Assembly (NCBI GenBank): GCA_951406725.2
Contig: OX597836.1
Coordinates: forward strand, 27,962,001-28,026,000
DNA length: 64,000 bases
Source: Octopus vulgaris
Lineage: Eukaryota
Direction of reading: 5' to 3'
A program made the translations under genes and the position numbers. The notes beneath the pieces are model-generated. The model was not told where the DNA came from. It saw nothing but the letters and a program-made list of their open reading frames with translations, and ran no database searches. Numbering within the stretch: position 1 is the first letter of the stretch; each line of letters opens with the position of its first letter. Positions 28,754 through 42,430 of the stretch are shown in pieces.

Positions 28754-29657
28754 CAAAGTGAAGTTGTAAGGTACCGCATGAGTGAAAATACATATGACAT
28801 ATGAAAGAAGGTTTGAAAATGCAATTTTAAAAGGTGTTTATTCACTTGACCGGTTTCACTTTTTTAGAAAAAGATTGTCAAAAGTAAAATGTAAAAGCTT
28901 TGTTGTGTTAAGTACTGGTTGTCACAAAATATTACAATACATATATACATTCTTTGATAATAATAAGAAATGTTAAAAACCGCTTACAAGGAAATATCTT
29001 GAGAAAATATTTAAAAAGTTCATTAAAAATATTAGGATTTCGTTAAAAATCATGTTTGTTTGGAAGTATTTATATATATATATATATATACAGAAAGTTA
29101 TAAGTTCGAAAAGGTCATATTTGGTGGTATATATATACACAGAAGGCGATATATTTAGGAGTTTACAAAGAATTTGAGATGAACTGACCTTTTTTACCAT
29201 TTTTTTCATTTTCTGTGAAGCATTGGAGTCGATAATATCCACCTCTTTTGCTGTAGTGTGTTTTATACGTATGATACTAAAGATATAAATATATCATGTG
29301 TTTTTTACGTGTTACGTATTCTGAAGTTGGCTAAAGCATTTGATTCTTGTTGAGTATAAACATACTCATTTTTCGACATATTCATCCATTCCGTGTAGTT
29401 CAATACTCAATTTTGCAAATACTACTCCCAGAGGAATTCTGTGTTGATTTTCACCATCTGATAAGAGATAAAATTCTCGAAACGTAAGACTTGCGACGAT
29501 AACCTAAATTTTTAAAACTATATATCAGAAACTGATGTTTACGTTTCTGCTCCATGACTCAATAGGCATGTAATGTACCTCCCAATTAATTAATAATTTT
29601 ATGAAAATTCTTAATCACTTTTGGTGGAAAATACTTAAGCAATGAGTATAACTGTTG

Positions 29658-29863
29658 TAAGGCGGCGAGCTGGTAGAATCGTTAGCACGCCAGGCGAAAT
29701 GATGAGTTCAAATTCCGCTGAGGTCGACTTTGCCTTTCATCCTTTCGGGGTCGATAAATGAAGTACCAGTTACGTACTGGGGTCGATGTAATCGACTTAA
29801 TCCTTTTGTCTGTCCTTGTTTGTCCCCTCTATGTTTAGCCCCCTTGTGGGCAATAAAGAAATA
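29658..29863 (+). mobile_element. SINE family B, young subfamily, with internal deletion
   Basis: Head and TAAAGAAATA tail present; flanks AGTATAACTGTTG / AGTATAACGGCTG look like a TSD. Confidence 0.9.
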
Positions 29864-30543
29864 AGTATAACGGCTGTCTATGCTTTGGAGACCGTATGGA
29901 ATTTATCATCGGTTATACACACACACACATGTATATATATATATATATATATCCCCACACTTCAATTCACTTAATATTCACAAAACAATCAAATCTTCTC
30001 GTTCTCTTCAGCACGACCCTGTTATCTGTCATCCATCGAATCACAGAAAGGGCAAGAAATAAGTAATAGTCTAACAGTTGATGTAATAGCATCATTGTGA
30101 CGGCTGTATGTATGTATGTATGTATGTATGTATGTATGTATGTATGTATGTATGTATGTATGTATGTATGTATGTGTGTGTATGTATGTATGTGCGTGCA
30201 AGCATGCGCAGCGTGTCATGAAATTAAAAGCCAAATTGAGAAAAATACTAGCAAATATTATTCACAAACAATATCATGCAACAATAGAAAATATTCATTA
30301 ATAGGATGATTTTATTTATAATCATGCTTAATTTATAAATTTTTGATTAATATAAATGTTTAATGGAATTAAAATTTAAAATTACCTTTCGTCTGTTCTT
30401 CGGCAAAATTGAGTTTCGTTTCCTGACTTCTTTTCTTTTCATGTTTTTTTTTAAATTTTAATTTAGTTTTCTTTGAAGAAAAAATGGAACCGATGACTTA
30501 CCAGATATTGCAAACCATCAGTTTTAAGGCCAGACGGAAAATT

Positions 30544-30715
30544 CCGTAGTAGCTAAGAGGGTTTGGGTCGCCAACGCCCGGAAACAAAATAAGTTTTTGG
30601 GGGCGCCCCCTAACCTGTGGATCGTTACTACTTAATTTTTTTGTTTGAAATTTTGAGTCCCTAACAATTTTGTGGCCAGCGGGGGCTCTGTGATCCCACA
30701 CACGCTATACCACAG
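30544..30715. mobile_element. Degenerate hAT-like MITE
   Basis: Right end reverse complement CTGTGGTATAGC resembles CAGTGGCGTAGC TIRs; internal GGGGGCGCCCCC. Left end poor. Confidence 0.35.
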
Positions 30716-31078
30716 ATTGAGCATTGCGGATATTCGTATTACGAAGTGTAATACGGGTACCCGTCCCTGATTTTAAACGACATTAATAATCTTTGGGGTT
30801 TTTTCACACAGTCAACCCTCGCGAAACAGAATCGTTTTGAGTGGAGAAATGACAGAAAGAGGTACTTAATACAGAATGGGTTACATATATTATTACTTCA
30901 GACAGTTAAATTCTACCCCATGCAGCTTTCGTAGGCGCGCCACATGCTCCTATCTCGTCGGTCTTAGACAGCCGAATCTGAGCCTTATAAGCTAGCTTCC
31001 TGGGGCAGAATCAAACTAATGTAACTACACACGTGCTGTTGGTGATTTTTTAACTTCTTTGAACGTTTCTTTTTTCCC

Positions 31079-31112
31079 TTTCCGACGAAGAGTCTCTGCT
31101 CGAAACGTCAAA
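31079..31112 (+). ncRNA. Minimal type-I hammerhead ribozyme-like motif in a Penelope-like repeat (about 31040-31215)
   Basis: Stem I TTT/AAA; core CCGACGA plus A; stem II GAGT/GCTC; GAAAC; GTC triplet. Confidence 0.5.
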
Positions 31113-32080
31113 AGATCTTTCTTTTTCCTGAGCGTCAAATTAATACATTCCTTGTGCACGTCCTCTTGTTGTTTCTTATTGTTAATTTTATTGTTCGTTT
31201 ATTTGATCTGAATACATATATGAATACATATATTTATATATGTATATATAAATATATATATCTTTATATAGACACACACACACACACATGCACACACATA
31301 TATATACATACATACGTATGTATATAATGTATGTATGTATGTATGTATGTATGTATGTATGTATGTATGTATGTATGTATGTATGTATGTATGTATGTGA
31401 AGCTATTAAAATTGTTGATGGTGCAACGTTAGACTTTGAGCGCTTCGTTTAGTGTACAGTGATTCGATAAAGGTCGAAAATCGCCGTTGTAGAGCAAAAT
31501 GAATCAGGTGAAGGTTTGTAAACGAAGCCAAACAGTGCAAAAAATTCCGTGCAGTGCTCCTGCGTGTTGGCAAAAGATTACAAATAGTTATGGAAGGGCT
31601 ACAGTCCAGGGACACACAGCTTTTTTCTCTCTTAAAGCGGCCCCCAAAAGTCCTGAGGAAGACTTCATGGAGCACCAAATATGAAGTGACTTTTAATTAT
31701 GTAACAACAGAGTATGCTATACATTTTTTAAACCATTGGTTCTCAGTCATTTCTTGTCTATGGATCCCTTTAGTTACTGTTTTATTCTGGTGAACCCTTG
31801 AAGCCATTAGATGATTCTTTCGTATTACCTATTTCGCGTATCATACATTCCCCTGTGCAGAATGTGCTATGTAAAACGTCATAGAAAGAAATTTATCTGT
31901 TCTTGCAATAAATACATCTAAAGCGGAAATTTTCATGGATCTTTAAAAAAATACTGTGGGCTCAATTTACTATTTTGCTTGTGTGCCGCACCCTCACTCC
32001 ATCACCACCAAAGACAAATCTTGTATGGACCAAAGTATCCAACGGACAAGCCTTGCTATGTTGTCGTGGCGTCTCATATA

Positions 32081-32144
<64 letters not shown>

Positions 32145-32365
32145 GAGTGAGAGAGCAGTGCATGCCATCAAAGCGACACTGGGGTAAAATATACGAAGCC
32201 CAGTATACCCATCATGACTACCCGTCTGATAAATGTACACTAGACACATGCATCACAACCATATGTGCGCGACATGGTGCTCTCATATCAAGATAAACGG
32301 CATATGACCTTGCAGGTGGGGGCCCAGTTAGAATTTTCTTCTGGTCGAGTAAACCCATCCCCCCC
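32145..32365 (-). mobile_element. 5'-truncated copy of the (AAT)n-tailed retroposon at 39898-40420
   Basis: Reverse complement of about 40185-40400; lies inside an (ATT)n tract. Confidence 0.88.
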
Positions 32366-32366
32366 A

Positions 32367-32439
<73 letters not shown>

Positions 32440-32487
32440 TTATTATTATTATTATCATTATCGTCATCATCATCATTATCGTCATCG

Positions 32488-32545
<58 letters not shown>

Positions 32546-32570
32546 TATTATTATTATATGACATTTGATA

Positions 32571-32616
32571 GATCAGGCTATTAATATTATTATCATTTGA
32601 AAAGGAAGGTGAGAAC

Positions 32617-32664
<48 letters not shown>

Positions 32665-32995
32665 GCTGTCTTCTGGCCTGCTTATGAAAAGGTGGACAAG
32701 AGTGGTAAAACTGGTGAGACTGAATAGATTTACTTTGAATAAGCTTTTCTAAGTAGGAGGAAACAAACAGGAAGATGGCACTTTCCATGCTTTGGGGATG
32801 GCAGAGTAATCCGGAACTTTCGTGTGGGGTTTTCCCCGAATTCCCCTAAGTGGACTGTCCTGCTATTGGAGACTATGTATTAATTATATATTTCTCTAGC
32901 TTCTATTTGTATATCCTTTGTTATTTCCTTTAAAGTTGTATCTCATCCTTTAATATCCTCCTCCATGTCTTGGGGCCTTATGGCCAATAAAAGAA

Positions 32996-32997
<2 letters not shown>
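32571..32997 (+). mobile_element. L1/Tx1-type LINE 3' end
   Basis: YHLKRKVRTERE-(GA)n-VLSSGLLMKRWTRVVKLVRLN..* (stop 32750-32752), a 3' UTR, AATAAA at 32986 and an (ATT)n tail. Clade assignment from recall. Confidence 0.6.
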
Positions 32998-33060
<63 letters not shown>

Positions 33061-33062
<2 letters not shown>

Positions 33063-33210
33063 CTTCTTTCTTCAAATTTTCTTCCGTTTCTCGCCGGGTG
33101 TTTTCCGTACACCTAGGGCAGAGAAGCTCATTGTATGCATTCCCAGATTACACACGTAAATTCACAGGTAAAATATGAATTTAAAAAATTAATAAATAAA
33201 TAAATTCATG
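33061..33210 (-). mobile_element. Short (AAT)n-tailed retroposon 3' stub
   Basis: Unique 150 bp between two (ATT)n tracts; minus strand ends GAAGAAAGAAGG(AAT)n. Confidence 0.5.
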
Positions 33211-33230
33211 AATGGCTATTATTATTATTA

Positions 33231-33298
<68 letters not shown>

Positions 33299-33671
33299 AT
33301 ATCATCATCATTATCATCATCATTACCGTCATTATTATTATCATTAATACAAATAATAATAAAACGGGAGGGGGTTAATATGTTAGCGTATATGTATATA
33401 TTCAATATATTTATTACATACCGTTGAGATGGTCATTTTTAAAGTTTGTTGTGTGTATCGATGGATAATGACTGTATATATTCATATAAATATATAAGAT
33501 GTAATTTAGAGAATTCTGGAAGGTCTATGCTTCGTTCTGCCTTCAGTTTTCAATATGGCGTCGATAAAATGTTTCTGAGATCAGCACTGTTAAAAAACTA
33601 GATAATATTAATGGGTTGTAAAGTTATCAACAATTAAATAATGAGAGTGGTTATATGTGCGAATGTATGCG

Positions 33672-33778
33672 AGGGAGGGAGGTAAATAGGTAGGTAGGTA
33701 GGTAGGTAGGTAGGTAGGTAGGTAGGTAGGTAGGTAGGTAGGTAGATTGGTAGGTAGGTAGGTAGGTAGGTAGGTAGG

Positions 33779-33863
<85 letters not shown>

Positions 33864-34442
33864 GTGTATGTATGTATGTGTGTATGTTTGTACGCATGTA
33901 TGTATATATGCATGCATGTAGGTATGTAGGTAGGTAGGTAGGTAGGTAGGTAGGTAGGTAGGTAGGTAGGTAGGTAGGTAGGTAGGTAGGTAGGTAGGTA
34001 GGTAGGTAGGTAGGTAGGTAGGTAGGTAGGTAGTAAGGTAGGTAGGTAGGTAGGTAGGTAGGTAGGTAGGTAGGTAGGTAGGTAGGTAGGTAGGTAGGTA
34101 GAGCTGGCAGAAACGTTAGCACGCCGGGCGAAATGCTTAGCGGTATTTCGTCTGCGTTACGTTGTGACTTCAAATTCCGCCGAGGTCGACTTTGCCTTTC
34201 ATCCTTTCGGGGTCGATAAATTAAGTACCAGTTACGCACTGGGGTCGATGTAATCGACTTAATACCTATGTCTGTCCTTGTTTGTCCCCTCTGTGTTTAG
34301 CCCCTTGTGGGTAATAAAGAAATAGGTAGGTAGGCAGGCAGGTAGGTAGGTAGGTAGGTAGGTAGGTAGGTAGGTAGGTAGGTAGGTAGGTAGGTAGGTA
34401 GGTAGGCAGGTAGGTAGGTAAGTAGGTAGGCAGGTAGGTAGG
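33672..34442. repeat. (TAGG)n/(GATA)n tetranucleotide region
   Basis: Direct reading. Confidence 0.95.
34101..34324 (+). mobile_element. SINE family B, young copy inserted in (TAGG)n
   Basis: Nearly identical to 58253-58485. Confidence 0.93.
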
Positions 34443-35052
34443 AATAGACAGACAGACTGACAGACAAACAGACAGATAAACAGGCGGGCAGACTGAGAGA
34501 CAGACAGGCAGACAGATTACTAAGAAATACTAATCACGCTACGTTATATGATCATGGTAATATAAGGTTACTTATTAAATTTTAAATAATTATAGTTATA
34601 TATAGAAGTACCGTACGTTGTAAAGTGTGCCATGAGTTATGGAAATATACAATAATTCAAGCAGAACCATATGTCGGAGAAAGTTTATTTTCTCTGACGA
34701 AATCCCTTATTGACCGAAACGTTGTGTTCATTACTCTCCATATTACGATACATATCAACGTAAAACTCGTCAGCTGTTATTCCAAATCTTATATATGCTA
34801 ACAGAGACCATCGTTAGCTAATCGATTCTTGTGTCCATAGAAGACATAACCACGCTTGCAAACTTTTTAAGAAACGGTCTACGTGAGGTTATATTCATTA
34901 TCGGGCCGACTGCATTACTAAAGAAATAGTGAAGGTAATTTTTCGTTACGTGTGCAATTTACAAAATCACACGAGCCACAGTTTACTGATGGCTGGCTTT
35001 GTACTCCTTTGTCTTGTATTTATATCCCTATTTATCAAATTGTCATTATTCA

Positions 35053-35121
<69 letters not shown>

Positions 35122-35126
<5 letters not shown>

Positions 35127-35383
35127 GAAATGAAGAAAATGCTGACAAAATAATTTAAGTAATTTAAGTAATTTAATTAGGTGAAAGTTCTTTTTACCAA
35201 TTGCGCATTTGTTATGCTTATCAAAAGATTAGAGTTCCTTTCTGATACATTTTTTCCTCTTATCCTCTATCAGAAAGGAAATCTAATCTTTTGATAAGCA
35301 TAACAAATGCGCAATTGGTAAAAAGAACTTCACCTAATTAAATTACTTAAATTATTTTGTCAGCATTTTCTTCATTTCCTTTT
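35122..35383. repeat. Long inverted repeat (arms 35122-35247 and 35268-35383, 20-nt spacer)
   Basis: Near-perfect reverse complement; left arm has an extra TAATTTAAG; flanked by (TA)n. Confidence 0.93.
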
Positions 35384-35419
35384 TTATACATCACAACTCG
35401 TGTTCCACATCTCCTTTTT

Positions 35420-35826
<407 letters not shown>

Positions 35827-35971
35827 AATACATCTCAGCGCTTCTAAAACAAATTTTGTTTACTTTCATCGTAAGTTGAATATGTGTGTGTGTATGTGTG
35901 TTTATACGTATGTGCGTGTGTGTGTGTTTATGAATGTATGTGTGTATTTTGTCTTGGTTATGATTTTAAAC

Positions 35972-36422
35972 TGCATCGAGTAGCACGGCTCTAGTGTGAT
36001 AGTTCCATGGTTTTGATGAGTGAGGAACCACCGTTTAGCCACTATTGTTCCCATGTCTGCTCTAACCCAGAATTGTAGCACCTCTCAAGGTCCCATCTAT
36101 GGGTTAATTAGCATATTAGGGCTTGCCTACCCACGCATGTGAAAACTTGGTCCTGTGGACGCTGTGTGGATCAACAGAAGGGAAGGCAGCTGCAGCAATG
36201 CATTATGAAGTGCAGAGATGAAGATGAGGCAAGCAGAACATCTTGATTATCCACTGCATCCGTCTCTAACTCAAGTGACCTTGACATGATCTTGCCTGTG
36301 GATTGAAGATGGTCACGGTCCAGAGATTGAGGTCGACGGCGTGCAATTCTTCGTTTTAAACAAAGTCACCGCGCAAGTCATCGGGGATGGCAAATGGTCC
36401 TCGTAGCTCCGACGGACTAACA
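35972..36422 (+). mobile_element. Probable RTE/BovB-related non-autonomous retroposon
   Basis: 3' end ATGGTCCTCGTAGCTCCGACGGACTAAC plus (TG)n resembles recalled RTE tails; body resembles an RTE 5' UTR; no ORF. Confidence 0.45.
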
Positions 36423-36458
36423 TGAGTGTGCATGCATGTGTGTGTGTGTGTGTGGTGA

Positions 36459-36544
<86 letters not shown>

Positions 36545-37643
36545 TCTGCGTGCTTCGTTATGTGTGTTACCCTTTCACCTAAAACGGAAATCAATTGTCG
36601 GGGGGTTTCTTAAGGAGATTTGGAGACGTCAGTAAAAGTCACTAAAAGTTGTTTACAAGAGATTAGTACAACTAAAATGAAGGGAACATCACTGCAATCT
36701 ACGTAAGTCTACAAACTAAAGCGTTAGTAGAATTACAAGAACAAGAACAAGAACGATGACAAAAGCAACGACATCAAAAATTAGTCATAACTAAAAACAA
36801 CAAAAACACGATAAAACACAAATGAAAAATATTAACGAAATTATTACAACACTACACTGCAAATGGTATTAGTGTATAATTACTGGAAAAATGAAATAAC
36901 TGCCATAAATAATCAGGATGTTCAAGTACTTATGGTCTGGTTTTAATTGGGGAATGAAAATAATTAAAAGCTTCACTTGGAAAGTCGTGCTGAAAAACAA
37001 GATAAATTACACAAATGTAGTTAATTACTGAAATAAAAAATATGTTAATAATAATAATTATTATTATGGTGTTCATATCACAAATTCAGTGTTTGTTGAC
37101 TAAATCAAGCGATATACCAAAGCTGGAGATTCTACTTGGCCGGTCAATCTGCTAGAAATAGCAAACGAATTTCTTTCAAGCAACAAACCATGCCAAATTA
37201 GTAGATAAAGGACATTGGATATTGTAGATCCTGAAATAGAATAAATGGGATCATGTAACAGCCCGAACAAAGACGACCGGCAACAAAACAGCAAGAACAA
37301 CAACAATTGCTACGATTAAATCAGTTAGCTGTTGTGTTTTTCGTGTATTTTATGAATAGCAAAAGAGGTTAAAAAGAGGGAGATAATTTTTGGGATGTCG
37401 TTGAACAGAATATAAATATGTATGTATGAGTGCACCCATGTATGGATGGATGGATGGATGGATGGATGGAAGAAAGCATCAAGAAATTTGAAAATAATGT
37501 TCTTTACGAAGTTACTGAAATGTAGATGGAGCGATAAACAGTAGTTACTCATAAATCGGTTAAAAAATACCCTTAGACAGAATAAAGTGGACAGAATTAC
37601 GTGTAGGGATTGAATCGTTATCCGATTATTCGGGAATCCTTAC

Positions 37644-37691
37644 ATATAGCTTCATCTGCATTTGAGCATCTCCTCATAAAGACACACAGAC

Positions 37692-37780
<89 letters not shown>

Positions 37781-37935
37781 ATATAATATATTATATATAT
37801 ATTATAATATATTATAATTAATATCAGGAAATCAATATTAGAAAATTCTTCAGAAGGATATATACGTATGTAAGATAATTGCTGTATATATAGCTTCATC
37901 TGCATTTGAGCATCTCCTCATAAAGACACACAGAC

Positions 37936-37980
<45 letters not shown>

Positions 37981-38070
37981 TATATTATAATATATTATAA
38001 TTAATATCAGGAAATCAATATTAGAAAATTCTTCAGAAGGATATATACGTATGTAAGATAATTGCTGTAT
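37644..38070. repeat. Tandem duplication (37644-37887 and 37888-38070) differing in the length of an internal (TA)n
   Basis: Both units start ATATAGCTTCATCTGCATTTGAGCATC and end GATAATTGCTGTAT. Confidence 0.9.
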
Positions 38071-38755
38071 AAAAAATATAAATATATATAAATACATGTA
38101 AAAATGTATAAGCATAAATATACAATGTATACGACAGTTTAAAAGTTTGGTAATTCTTGGTAATTCTTCTGCTACAGAAGAATTACCACGAAGGCATATA
38201 TAAACTTCAAGATTCTCATACTAAAGTGTACTAACCAAAATCAAAAGCAGTAATTTTTAATTTTTAATTCATATTTCAAACAAACACCACTTTATAGTAT
38301 TAATTCATATTTTTAAAAAACTCCTATTCGATATATTATACAAAATTCAAATTTTATATCTCTGAAGAGCAGAAGACGTGTTTATAAATGCTTATCAATG
38401 TAGGATTTATATTATAGGGACAGCACTTCTGTGAAACGATCGTAAGATGCCCTAAAAACTTAATTCAAAACTTTTAAACTGTCATATATATTATATATTT
38501 ATACTTATACACTTTTACATATATTTATAAATATTTATATTTTTAATACAGCAATTATTTTACATACGTATATATCCTTCTGAAGAATTTTCTAATATTT
38601 ATTTCCTCATATTAATAATAATATATTATAAAATATATATAATCGCTCGTATTAAATATCTAAATACTTTAATAGTATTAATTCTTTGATATAATAGAGC
38701 ACTCAATATAAATTCAGAATATAATATTCTCATTGAATATATTTAACTAAAGATT

Positions 38756-38760
<5 letters not shown>
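37980..38760 (+). mobile_element. Penelope-like fold-back element: inverted arms (about 37980-38155 and 38461-38640) enclosing a hammerhead
   Basis: Arms are reverse complements (AGAAAATTCTTCAGAAGGATATATACGTATGTAA / TTACATACGTATATATCCTTCTGAAGAATTTTCT); bounded by (TA)n. Confidence 0.7.
38358..38448 (+). ncRNA. Type-I hammerhead ribozyme, intact core, extended stem II loop
   Basis: Stem I ATCT/AGAT; CTGAAGA 38362-38368; stem II GCAGAAG/CTTCTGT; GAAA 38433-38436; palindromic stem III ACGATCGT; GTA triplet with predicted cut after 38444. Confidence 0.75.
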
Positions 38761-38824
<64 letters not shown>

Positions 38825-38917
38825 TAGGATATATCATAGGACAGCCATATATATATATATATCATAAACATATATATATCATAAGACATCCAAATATATA
38901 TATATATATACGTCATA

Positions 38918-39019
<102 letters not shown>

Positions 39020-39029
39020 TATATATATA

Positions 39030-39114
<85 letters not shown>

Positions 39115-39649
39115 ATATATAGTAAAATAATTCTGTTTTTGGAAAAGTGAATCTCGAAGCAGATAATCTAAAATACATACATATATACAGACAGACAGAG
39201 ACGTTAAGAGCCGGAAGAAATGCAGTTAAGCATGTTTTATTCCAGCTGGCTAACCTTTAATTCAATGAGTATGAAATTCAATAGATTGAATAATTGAATA
39301 GTGATCGTCGAAATCGATCAGAGCAGACCTAGCAACACCCAGGACAACAGCAGCAGCCGTAAACCAAACATACGGGGATTCTGGCTGAAATTCATCATAG
39401 GGTCGGAATGATAAAGAGCTGACATGAACTAAGTAACAACATCATCATCATCATCATCAACAACAACAGACATTGAACAAAGAACTTCTCTTGGTGGTAG
39501 TTCAATGTGCTTGAAATAACAGCCAAAGTTCCAAGAAACCAAATTTGGCCGTCTTAGAGAAAGACAGATTGAAAGGACGTAGTCGGTGATATAGAAATAA
39601 AAGGGTGATCGCAGTTTGAACGCTTTTAAGGCTAAACAACAACAACAAC

Positions 39650-39831
<182 letters not shown>

Positions 39832-39917
39832 GAAGTGTCATCATGTACAATTGGAAGTGTCATCATGTACATTTGGAAGTGTCATCATGTACATTTGGAA
39901 GTGTCATCATGTACATT
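39832..39917. repeat. 4 x 22-bp tandem repeat GAAGTGTCATCATGTACATTTG
   Basis: Direct reading; no spacers. Confidence 0.95.
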
Positions 39918-40420
39918 GTTTTGTCTTGGTATAAAAGATGGGCTACAGCAAATATTCTGCTCAATACCACAGATTTGCTTGTCATTTGTTTGACCTTAAC
40001 CAGTTGAGCATGTCACTTAGTGGCTGACAATACGTGCATCTCTGATCACGAGCAGAAGTAGTGGGGGAGCATCATAGCCATGTGTTGAGAGGGATTCTTT
40101 GGAGTTTGAATAATTCACCTCTGGAAACACAGGTGTTTCGTTCAACATCTTAAAGCAACCCTTATTCAGGGACCGTTTGAGCAAGATGGGCTACTCGACC
40201 TGAAGAAAATTCTAACTGGGCCCCACCTGCAAGGTCATGTGCTGTTTATCTTGATATCAGATCACCATGTCGCGCACATATGGTTGTGATGCATGTGCCT
40301 GGTGTACCCTTATCAGACGGGTAGTCATGATGGGTATGCTGGGCTTCGTATATTTTACCCCAGTGTCACTTTGATGGCATGCACTGCTCTCTCACTCAAT
40401 AATAATAATAATAATAATAA
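39898..40420 (+). mobile_element. (AAT)n-tailed non-coding retroposon
   Basis: Homologous to 32145-32365; ends CTCTCTCACTC(AAT)n; lies next to an (AAT)n tract. Confidence 0.8.
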
Positions 40421-40439
40421 TAACGGTGATAATAAAAAA

Positions 40440-40960
40440 TAATTATTTCAAGTTTTGTCACAAGGCCAGCAATATCAGAGGAGGGTTAAGTCGTTTACAT
40501 CGACTCCAGTATTCAGCTGGTACTTATTTTATCTAACCCCAAAATATGAAAAGCAAAGTCGACTTCAGCGGAATTTGAACTCAGAACGTAAAGACGGACG
40601 AACTACCTATTTCTTTATTACCCACAAGGGGCTAAACACAGAGAGGACAAACAAGGACAGACAAACGGATTAAGTCGATTATATCGACCCCAGTGCGTAA
40701 TTGGTACTTATTTAATCGACCCCGAAAGGATGAAAGGCAAAGTCGACCTCGGCGGAATTTGAACTCAGAACGTAGCGGCAGACGAAATACCTATTTCTTT
40801 ATTGCCCACAAGGAGCTAAACACAGAGAGGACAAACAAGTACAGACAAACAGATTAAGTCGATTTTATCGACCCCGAAAGGATGAAAGGCAAAGTCGACC
40901 TCGGCGAAATTTGAACTCAGAACGAAGCGGCAGACGAAATACAGCTACGCATTTCGCCTT
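40440..40960 (-). mobile_element. SINE family B multimer: two young bodies joined to an old-subfamily body
   Basis: Junction CCTATTTC at 40606 and 40790 (period 184). Confidence 0.9.
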
Positions 40961-41059
40961 AAATTTCAGGCCTTCTGCCAAAAATTTGAAATCATTGTTA
41001 TTATTTCTCTTTGACTCCAGGAGTTCCAACAAAAACTGTGATAAAGAGAAATGGTTGTA

Positions 41060-41225
41060 AGTTTTGGCACATGGCCTAAAATTTGGGCGAGGCGGCTGCT
41101 AGTTGATCATATTAAGCCCAGAGCTCAACGCGTACTTATTTTATCAACCTCAAAAAGATGAAAAACAAAGTCGACCTCAGCGGAATTTGAACTCAGAAAT
41201 TTAAGACGAACAAAATGCTGCTAAA
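41060..41225 (-). mobile_element. Old SINE family B fragment
   Basis: AAAGTCGACCTCAGCGGAATTTGAACTCAGAA. Confidence 0.8.
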
Positions 41226-41429
41226 GTAGATAGACAAGGAGAAAGAGCGTGTGTGTAGGCATGTGGGGAGACAGAGAGAGAGAGGGGGAGGAGAATGACT
41301 GATGAAAAAATAAAATACATTGGTTTGATTTCATCAGTAGGACGTAGGACCTGAGCAAACTTCAACACAGCATCTGAGCTTTCCTCTGCCCTTATGAAAG
41401 TGAAAGACGCTGGTATACATTGATCATTG

Positions 41430-41635
41430 AAAGATCATTGGAGTGGATCTCGACCAGTTTCGATGACGAACAATCAGTTGTGCAATCGACTGGACGACTT
41501 ACTCGTAAAATTAACATGTAAACGGTTGAATACTCCGCAGCTGCGCGTATTTCTTTTACCTGAATTCTCAGCTCTGAATCAGTGTTACACAATGTGTAAC
41601 AAGGCTAGACAATGAAATTACTGGTACAGTTGAGA
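41430..41635 (-). mobile_element. Degenerate SINE family C 3' half
   Basis: CTCGTAAAATTAACATGTAAACGGTTGAATACTCCGCAG..ACAAGGCT is the reverse complement of the family C body. Confidence 0.65.
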
Positions 41636-41676
41636 GAGAATGAAGAAGACGACGATGATGACGATGATGATGATAG

Positions 41677-41707
<31 letters not shown>

Positions 41708-42430
41708 AAGGATGATCGAGGAGTGGGAACAACAACAACAACATTAACTGCAATAAGAACAAGTTCCATGATTTTTTTTTTAAGGTCAACCCAGACTTAA
41801 GAGATAGATGTGATAGGCATGTAATTTGAACTCTTGTAACGTGAGAACCTCTACAGAGTCTTTCAACTAACATGAAATAGCAAGCGATTCCACTTCAGAT
41901 CTACAGCAAACTATCTTCAAAGCAGGACACTGTCTATGTTGTGTGCGAATGCGCACGCGTGCTTGTGTGTGTGTGTGTGTATGTGTAGCAACGATACAGA
42001 CTGTAGAGAGTGATTTGAGAAAGAAAGGAACAAAGAAAGAAGATACGACTGCTATTTCACATAGTGGCTTCATCTTTGCTTTCGTTCTTATGTTGGGAGT
42101 GTGTAAGGTCAGACTGTACCTATGATACGCGATACGAATATGTTTTTTTTTGCGATATTGAAGGGGGAATATTGTGCAAGGACAGTATGTGAGGGTAACG
42201 AAGAGACACTGTGAGGATTGGTCACTTCATGTGGACAGGGACACCGAAGAAGCAGTTATTTAGCCGCAGGTCAGCATAGATCAAACAGCTCAATGATCAG
42301 AGATGTTCCAGCTATGATGGCCACCCCAATTTAATTCAATCAGTACATCTAAGATCATCTCATCCAATGTGTTTGAGACATTTTACAGACGATAATGTGC
42401 ATTTGAGGGACATCAGACTACTATTTCTCG

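Noticed and set aside
28380-30510. Minus-strand donor/acceptor-like sites and short peptides (e.g. DGENQHRIPLGVVFAK)
   Set aside because: No recognisable protein and in-frame stops; a host gene here cannot be excluded without RNA-seq or tBLASTn.
33672-34442. (TAGG)n as interstitial telomeric repeat
   Set aside because: The unit is the tetramer TAGG, not TTAGG or TTAGGG, and it grades into (GATA)n.
39832-39917. CRISPR-like 22-bp repeats
   Set aside because: No spacers, no cas genes, eukaryotic context.
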